Source of the DNA: Candidatus Doudnabacteria bacterium RIFCSPHIGHO2_01_FULL_45_18
Lineage (GTDB): Bacteria; Patescibacteriota; Doudnabacteria; UBA920; O2-02-FULL-48-8
Assembly: GCA_001779915.1 (NCBI GenBank)
Contig: MFEJ01000023.1
Location: forward strand, 6,165 to 70,164
DNA: 64,000 nt
Reading direction: 5' to 3'
Shown here: piece after piece, positions 58,297 to 64,000 of the stretch
Position numbering within the stretch: position 1 is the first letter of the stretch
Layout: each line of letters begins with the position of its first letter
Translations under genes and position numbers: made by a program
The notes under the pieces: generated by a model
The model's input: the letters and a program-made list of their open reading frames with translations, nothing else
Told to the model about the DNA's origin: nothing
Databases searched by the model: none

Positions 58297-59473
58297 GACC
58301 ATTGCGAGGAGGAACGTTCCGACGAAGCAATCTTTAAAAAAGATCGCCACGGCCTTCGGCCTCGCGATGGTTATTTATTTATTTATCGTGCCTAATCTTG
58401 CATCGGCCAAAACCTTGCTCTTTTTCGACAAAACTTGGGAAGTTTTACCGTTCCCGTCAGGCACGGTTAACCTCCTGCCCATCAGAAACGACCTGGACTT
58501 AACTATGCTTGCCAAGCAAGCTATTTTGGGGCGCGAGGAACTGGCTCAGACCTGGCTCTTAGACGAAATCTCGATCAAACAACTGGATGATATCAGTAGT
58601 CAGGTCAACCAAGTCGGCCAAGATGCCAAACTGGTTATGGACGGAAATCGCGCCGCGGAATTTAATCCGGGACAAAACGGCCAGGCTTTGGATTTATATA
58701 CGCTTAAAATTCTGCTACGGTCAGACCAAGCGGAAATCAGTCTGCCAGTTTTAATCAGCGAACCGGCGGTTAAATTATCCGACACGAACCGTCTTGGGAT
58801 TAACGAGCTGGTGGCTGTGGGTGAATCGGATTTTGCAGGTTCACCAAAAAACCGGATTCACAACCTGACGGTAGGAGCGAATAAATTCAATGGCCTCATC
58901 ATAGAGCCGGGTGAAGTATTTTCGTTTAATAAGTATTTGGGTGACGTGGATGGCGAGCACGGCTTTTTACCGGAACTGGTGATTAAAGCTGGCGGCGTGA
59001 CCCCAGAATTCGGCGGTGGGCTTTGCCAAGTTTCCTCCACGACCTTCCGGGCGGCCATGAACGCCGGTTTGCCGATTACGGCTAGACGAAACCACAGCTT
59101 TGCGGTACAATACTATGCTCCCCAGGGAACGGATGCCACGATCTATCCCGGAGCCGTAGATTTAAAATTTGTTAATAATTTGCCAAGCAAATTGTTGATT
59201 CAAACCAAAATTGTGGGAACCAAATTATATTTTAACTTGTACGCCACGAAAGATAATCGAACGGTAAGCTTTGAAGGCCCCACCCAATACGATCAGAAGC
59301 CTGATGGATCCATGAAAGCGATCTGGACCAGGCATGTGACCCTTAATGGCCAAACTACGGATCAAGAGTTTAAAAGCGCGTATTCCCCGCCAGCGCTGTA
59401 TCATCGCGATTCATCAGAACAAAGCGCAACTCCCAATCCTGATGCGCAACCAGATCCACAACCGACCACTTAA
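58259..59473 (+). CDS. VanW family protein (start uncertain: 58259 or 58367)
   Basis: NR.HN, PGEVFSFN, GGGLCQVSST.FRAA, R.NHS..V.YY, DATIY..DLKF.N. Confidence 0.88.
   Translation: MINAILQSSFKIRTIARRNVPTKQSLKKIATAFGLAMVIYLFIVPNLASAKTLLFFDKTWEVLPFPSGTVNLLPIRNDLDLTMLAKQAILGREELAQTWLLDEISIKQLDDISSQVNQVGQDAKLVMDGNRAAEFNPGQNGQALDLYTLKILLRSDQAEISLPVLISEPAVKLSDTNRLGINELVAVGESDFAGSPKNRIHNLTVGANKFNGLIIEPGEVFSFNKYLGDVDGEHGFLPELVIKAGGVTPEFGGGLCQVSSTTFRAAMNAGLPITARRNHSFAVQYYAPQGTDATIYPGAVDLKFVNNLPSKLLIQTKIVGTKLYFNLYATKDNRTVSFEGPTQYDQKPDGSMKAIWTRHVTLNGQTTDQEFKSAYSPPALYHRDSSEQSATPNPDAQPDPQPTT
58299..58370 (+). repeat. Family A element at the 5' end of the VanW gene
   Basis: Same scaffold as the other copies. 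Confidence 0.9.
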
Positions 59474-59482
59474 ACATTCTTT

Positions 59483-60928
59483 ATGATCAAAATAAGTACG
59501 AACAAAACCATTCAGACTGATCTAATCATTCTGCCCTTGTTCGAAAAAGACCAATCACCAATCGCGCTACCACAGGCAGTGCTTTTGGATTTCAAAAATA
59601 CTTTAGGGGCAACCCAAATGGTTTACTCCAATCAAGGCCAGAAGCGGATTTTGCTTGTAGGGCTCGGCCACAAGCAAAAGTTTGGACCCCAAGCCTGGCG
59701 GCAAGCCATACACAGCATCATGTCTTATATCAGAACCTTGGATGTGGCCCAAGCATCATTGGTTCTGCCCAAAGTTTCTAAACTTTCACCAGTGAAGTTC
59801 ATGGAACTGACGGCTTTTGGCGTAATTTTCAGCCACTACCATTTTGACGAATATAAACAAGAAAAAACTCCAAGAAAACTTCAAAGCCTGGAACTAATTA
59901 CCAAAATAAGCGGCAAAAAAATCAATCAGGCCATCGAACACGGCATCATTATCGGCCTGGCCGCCAATGAAGCCCGAAGTCTTGCCAACCATCCAGGCAA
60001 CTTGGTCACCCCAAGCCATTTAGCCAAATACGCGCAGGAGTTAGCGCGAAAATATAAATTCGCCTGTAAAATTTTAGGCCCTGCCGAAATCAAGAAAGAA
60101 AAAATGGGCCTGCTTGCCGGTGTGGCTAAGGGTTCGGATGAACCAGCTAGATTTATAGTGCTCGAATACCTGCCTGCCGGCAGGCAGGCGGAAAATAAAA
60201 AACTTGAACCAATTGTCTTAATCGGCAAGGGGCTGACTTTTGATTCCGGCGGCATATCTATTAAGCCGGCGGATCGCATGGAAGAAATGAAATATGACAT
60301 GTGTGGCGCCGCTGACGTCCTGGCAATTTTTGAAGCCGTCAGTCAACTGAAATTACCAATCCACCTTATTGGTTTAATTCCCTCGACCGAGAACTTAATT
60401 TCTGGCCAAGCCACCAAGCCGGGCGACATTTTAATTTCCAAATCAGGAGTCAGTGTGGAGATTGTTAACACCGATGCCGAAGGCCGCCTGGTGCTGGCGG
60501 ATGCAATTGATTACGCCAGAGCGCACTTTCAACCAAAGCTCATTATTGATTACGCCACCTTAACCGGCGCCGTGCTTGTGGCCTTAGGAGATCAGCTAGC
60601 CGGATTTTTTGCCAATACCAAATCGTATGACGCCGGATTTAAAAAAGCGGCGGCGACAGCTGCGGAAAATTTTTGGCCTCTCCCCATGCCAGAAGAATAT
60701 AAAGAACATATTAAAAGCCAAGTGGCTGATATCCGAAACGTGGGGGAAAAAGGATTGGCCGGAGCAACAGCCGGCGCCATGTTTTTAGAACATTTCATCG
60801 GCACAACCCCTTGGATCCACTTAGATATCGCCGGCACGGCCTGGACCATGCGGCCTAAACCATCGCTGGCGGTTGGGGCCACGGCCTGGGGGGTTTATCT
60901 AACCGTGGACTTTTTGCGCAACCTTTAG
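59483..60928 (+). CDS. pepA: Leucyl aminopeptidase (M17)
   Basis: GKGLTFDSGG..K, MKYDM.GAA, NTDAEGRL, HLDIAG. Confidence 0.96.
   Translation: MIKISTNKTIQTDLIILPLFEKDQSPIALPQAVLLDFKNTLGATQMVYSNQGQKRILLVGLGHKQKFGPQAWRQAIHSIMSYIRTLDVAQASLVLPKVSKLSPVKFMELTAFGVIFSHYHFDEYKQEKTPRKLQSLELITKISGKKINQAIEHGIIIGLAANEARSLANHPGNLVTPSHLAKYAQELARKYKFACKILGPAEIKKEKMGLLAGVAKGSDEPARFIVLEYLPAGRQAENKKLEPIVLIGKGLTFDSGGISIKPADRMEEMKYDMCGAADVLAIFEAVSQLKLPIHLIGLIPSTENLISGQATKPGDILISKSGVSVEIVNTDAEGRLVLADAIDYARAHFQPKLIIDYATLTGAVLVALGDQLAGFFANTKSYDAGFKKAAATAAENFWPLPMPEEYKEHIKSQVADIRNVGEKGLAGATAGAMFLEHFIGTTPWIHLDIAGTAWTMRPKPSLAVGATAWGVYLTVDFLRNL
60169..60188. repeat. Family B 20-bp palindrome, in frame in pepA
   Basis: cctgcctgccggcaggcagg (LPAGRQA); relatives at 8340, 10660, 12546 and 42393. 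Confidence 0.88.
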
Positions 60929-60932
60929 TCAA

Positions 60933-61042
60933 CCCATCGCGAGCGACTGCTTTATATATTCAGCTTAACCCTTGGCAGTCGCGTGGCGATCTTAATTAAG
61001 ATTGCTTCGTCGTCCCGATAAATCGGGACTCCTCGCAATGGG
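60933..61042 (-). repeat. Family A element, intergenic
   Basis: cccatcgcgag..ctcgcaatggg termini. Confidence 0.9.
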
Positions 61043-61065
61043 CCACACATGATATACTAAAACAA

Positions 61066-62103
61066 ATGATTAACCAAGACTCGGTTGAAATAGACATCAT
61101 CAACCCAAGCGCAGCTTCCGACGAAACCCTGTTTGAGGCGACTTTACGGCCGCAAAAATTAGCCGAGTATGTGGGTCAAGAAAAAATCAAGGCAAACCTT
61201 AAAATCTTGGTGGATGCGGCTCATGCCCGCAAAGAAACTCTCGAGCATATCCTACTTTATGGCCCACCGGGACTTGGGAAAACCACTTTGGCGCACATTA
61301 TCGCCCGTGAGGTTGGCGCAAATATCAAAATCACATCCGGCCCGGCCATTGAAAAAGCTGGCGACGTGGCCGCACTCTTAACCAATCTTTCGGAAAACGA
61401 TATTTTGTTCATTGACGAAATTCATCGCTTAAATAAAATCGTGGAAGAGGTTTTGTACCCGGCCATGGAGGATTATTGCCTGGATATTGTCTTGGGTAAA
61501 GGCGCTGGCGCCAAGGCCTTGCGTTTGGATTTGCCGAAATTTACCCTGATTGGCGCGACCACCAGAATTGGTCTCTTAACCGCTCCCCTGCGCGATCGGT
61601 TCGGCATGACTTACCGCTTAGATTACTACGAGGTGCCGGAAATTGAACAAATTATCAAACGCGCGGCCAAAATTTTAAACATCACAATTGATGAAGGTGG
61701 CCGAGCGGAGATTGCGAAACGCGCCAGACGCACGCCGCGTGTGGCCAACCGGCTGCTCAAACGTGTGCGCGATTTTGCGCAAGTCAAAGCCAAAGGGGAA
61801 ATCAACCAGCGTATAGCCCAAGAAGCCCTGGCGCTTTTGGAGGTTGACGATTTAGGACTAGACAACAATGACCGAAGAATTTTAGAAGCGTTAATTGATA
61901 AATTCGCCGGCGGCCCAGTTGGGGTTTCATCTCTAGCCGCGGCAACCTCGGAAGATTCCGGCACCATTGAAGACATTTATGAACCCTACCTTCTGAGGCT
62001 GGGGTTGATTGCTCGCACACCCAAGGGACGTGTGGCCACTCCGGCCGCATATGAGCATTTAAAGAAACCCGTTAAGAAACCGGGCACTCAAACTCTGCTA
62101 TAA
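61066..62103 (+). CDS. ruvB: Holliday junction DNA helicase RuvB
   Basis: [35 protein letters not shown]. Confidence 0.98.
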   Translation: MINQDSVEIDIINPSAASDETLFEATLRPQKLAEYVGQEKIKANLKILVDAAHARKETLEHILLYGPPGLGKTTLAHIIAREVGANIKITSGPAIEKAGDVAALLTNLSENDILFIDEIHRLNKIVEEVLYPAMEDYCLDIVLGKGAGAKALRLDLPKFTLIGATTRIGLLTAPLRDRFGMTYRLDYYEVPEIEQIIKRAAKILNITIDEGGRAEIAKRARRTPRVANRLLKRVRDFAQVKAKGEINQRIAQEALALLEVDDLGLDNNDRRILEALIDKFAGGPVGVSSLAAATSEDSGTIEDIYEPYLLRLGLIARTPKGRVATPAAYEHLKKPVKKPGTQTLL

Positions 62104-62199
62104 TTGTTAATTTTCAGTTTTTAGTTTCTAGTGAATTTTAATTATATAATTAGTTATTAAAAACTCACTAAAAACTAGAAATTCGTAACTAAAAAATCT

Positions 62200-62421
62200 A
62201 TGAACGCATACCAACCAACTAGTCTTGGTACCACAATCCTTACTTTGGTGTTTTATATCACCATAATTGGATTTGCGATCTATTCCCTGATTGCGCTTTA
62301 TGCGCTTTTACGTTTCGGCCGATCTAAAATTCTATCTATGACGATCACAATTTTATACTTAATTATAGCCGCGGGGCTGTATGCGGCGGCGATCACGAAT
62401 CTTCATGCAATTAGGTTCTAA
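62200..62421 (+). CDS. Small two-TM membrane protein
   Basis: 73-aa hydrophobic ORF. Confidence 0.65.
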   Translation: MNAYQPTSLGTTILTLVFYITIIGFAIYSLIALYALLRFGRSKILSMTITILYLIIAAGLYAAAITNLHAIRF

Positions 62422-62956
62422 TCCGCACAATTTATTCCCTGGCCAGCAGGAGAACGAAGAGGTTCTGCTTATCACCCGGCCGCATTGGATGGTATTTTTA
62501 GGCAAAATTATTTTTTGGATGATCTTTGTGGGAATCCTGTTTTTAGCTGACTGGGCGATCGCCAACTATGCGCCTATCCTGAATACCGAACCCCATGTGA
62601 ACTGGATCAATCTGCTCAAAAACATCTATTTAATGTTTTTGATTTTGGGTTTACTGATTCTGTGGGTCATGTATTATTTGAATTTACAAATTATTACCAA
62701 CGAGCGAGTAGTGGACGTCACTCAAACTTCCCTGTTGCACCATACGGTGTCGGAACTGCACTTAAGTAACATTGAGGACGTGACGGCCGAGACCAAGGGC
62801 TTGCTGGGAACATTTTTGGATTATGGTAATGTCTATGTGCAGACAGCCGCCGAAACTACCCGCTTTGTGTTTGATCGCGTCCCCAACCCCGCAGCTGTCG
62901 AAAAATTGATTCTAGATCTCTACGAAGCCCTACCACCGGATCAAAAAGGTGAATAA
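62405..62956 (+). CDS. Membrane protein with bacterial PH (bPH_2-like) domain
   Basis: IITNERVVD..Q..L..I.DV..GLLGT.LDYG.V.VQTA..F..VPNP. Confidence 0.8.
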   Translation: MQLGSNPHNLFPGQQENEEVLLITRPHWMVFLGKIIFWMIFVGILFLADWAIANYAPILNTEPHVNWINLLKNIYLMFLILGLLILWVMYYLNLQIITNERVVDVTQTSLLHHTVSELHLSNIEDVTAETKGLLGTFLDYGNVYVQTAAETTRFVFDRVPNPAAVEKLILDLYEALPPDQKGE

Positions 62957-63077
62957 ATATTAAACACTTGCTAAAACACTTGCCTAAACAAGTGTTTTTT
63001 AACGCTTGAAAAAAATCCCCAAACCTGTTAGTTTAATCAAACTACGTTGTTTACCAAACCTTCCGGAGGATTGAGAA

Positions 63078-64000
63078 ATGAAAAAACCAGTCGCGCTGGT
63101 TCTAGGCAGTGGCTCAAGAGAACATTCGGTGGTTGAAAGCGTGGCCAGAAGCGCCAATGTCTTCTGGTATCCTGGCAATGGCATCACTGGTGTAGTGGGT
63201 TTAAGACCCTTGATTAAGCCTGGCCACACTCCGCTAGTTACGAATCCGATGGAAATGCTTGGGCTTGCAGGTTACGTGAATGCCGACCTGACTTTCGTTG
63301 GCCCAGAGGCTCCGCTGGATGCCGGGATCGCAGATCAGTTCGCTGCCGCAGGCAGTTTACTTCTCGGCCCAACTCGTGCCGCCGCCCGACTTGAAACCAG
63401 TAAGGTGTTTGCCAAAGAGTTCATGCGCCGGCACAACATTCTAACTGCTGACTTTAGGGTTTTTGAGGATGCGGACGAAGCTTTGGCCTACGTCCGAAAC
63501 CGGAACTGCTCGCTGGTCGTAAAAGCTGACGGACTCGCCGACGGTAAGGGGGTTTACGTCTGTGACGACGCGCAACAAGCTCAAAGGGCTGTGTTGGAAC
63601 TCATGGTTGAGAAAGTCCATGGGAAAGCTGGCGAGCGAATTGTGATCGAAGAAAAACTCAACGGCGAAGAGTGCTCGTTCTTCGTCCTCTGCGATGGCAC
63701 GGTAGCGATTGAGTTTGGAACAGCCGGCGACCACAAACGGGCCTTTGATGGCGACCTCGGACCAAACACCGGCGGCATGGGAGCTTTCGCTCCCCATCCT
63801 GCCATGGCCGACCTTGGGCTTCGTGAACGGATCATGCGCGAGATCATCTACCCCACCCTAGAAGGCATGAAAGCGGAAGGCTATCCTTTCCGGGGATTTC
63901 TGTACGTGGGGCTCATGCTGACAGACGAAGGACCAAAGGTGATCGAGTTCAATGTTCGACTCGGTGACCCAGAGGCGCAGGTGATTCTCCCACTACTTGA
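63078..64000 (+). CDS. purD: Phosphoribosylamine--glycine ligase (3' partial, absent from the ORF track)
   Basis: LVLGSGSREH, PGNG, VGPEAPL, LETSK.FAK.FM, VKADGLA.GKGV, DHKR..DGD.GPNTGGMG, EFNVRLGDPE. Confidence 0.93.
   Translation, partial: MKKPVALVLGSGSREHSVVESVARSANVFWYPGNGITGVVGLRPLIKPGHTPLVTNPMEMLGLAGYVNADLTFVGPEAPLDAGIADQFAAAGSLLLGPTRAAARLETSKVFAKEFMRRHNILTADFRVFEDADEALAYVRNRNCSLVVKADGLADGKGVYVCDDAQQAQRAVLELMVEKVHGKAGERIVIEEKLNGEECSFFVLCDGTVAIEFGTAGDHKRAFDGDLGPNTGGMGAFAPHPAMADLGLRERIMREIIYPTLEGMKAEGYPFRGFLYVGLMLTDEGPKVIEFNVRLGDPEAQVILPLL

Noticed and set aside
63441-63847. Minus-strand ORFs at the window end
   Set aside because: Antisense to the purD frame, which lacks a stop in the window and so is missing from the ORF track
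1-64000. Prophage, IS transposase, retron or DGR
   Set aside because: No integrase, transposase, reverse transcriptase or phage structural motifs seen in any ORF

Overview
Chromosomal segment of a small-genome bacterium, most likely Patescibacteria/CPR (inferred from gene content, short divergent housekeeping proteins, PaaX/Cas2-like orphans and largely Shine-Dalgarno-less genes; not proven). It carries housekeeping genes (uvrA/B/C, rpoB/C, valS, trpS, rnj, polA, ruvA/B, tsaB/D/E, rpsF-ssb-rpsR, rpsT, efp, ychF, secG, pepA, gdhA, trxB, folD, a PilB-like ATPase, partial purD), two tRNAs (Leu-CAG, Glu-TTC), a VapBC-like pair and several orphan genes. No CRISPR array, prophage, integrase or transposase is visible. 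The unusual signal is small-scale. (1) Two winged-helix/Cas2-like (PaaX-like) genes are each bracketed by their own pair of matched palindromic sites. (2) An intact tRNA-Leu is nested inside the shell of a second, degenerate tRNA-Leu. (3) At least five families of short palindromic elements are scattered through the window, and many sit in frame inside uvrC, tsaD, valS, trpS, rnj and pepA. (4) A DUF559 nuclease gene is flanked by inverted REP-like repeats. All calls are by eye from motifs; no database search was run.
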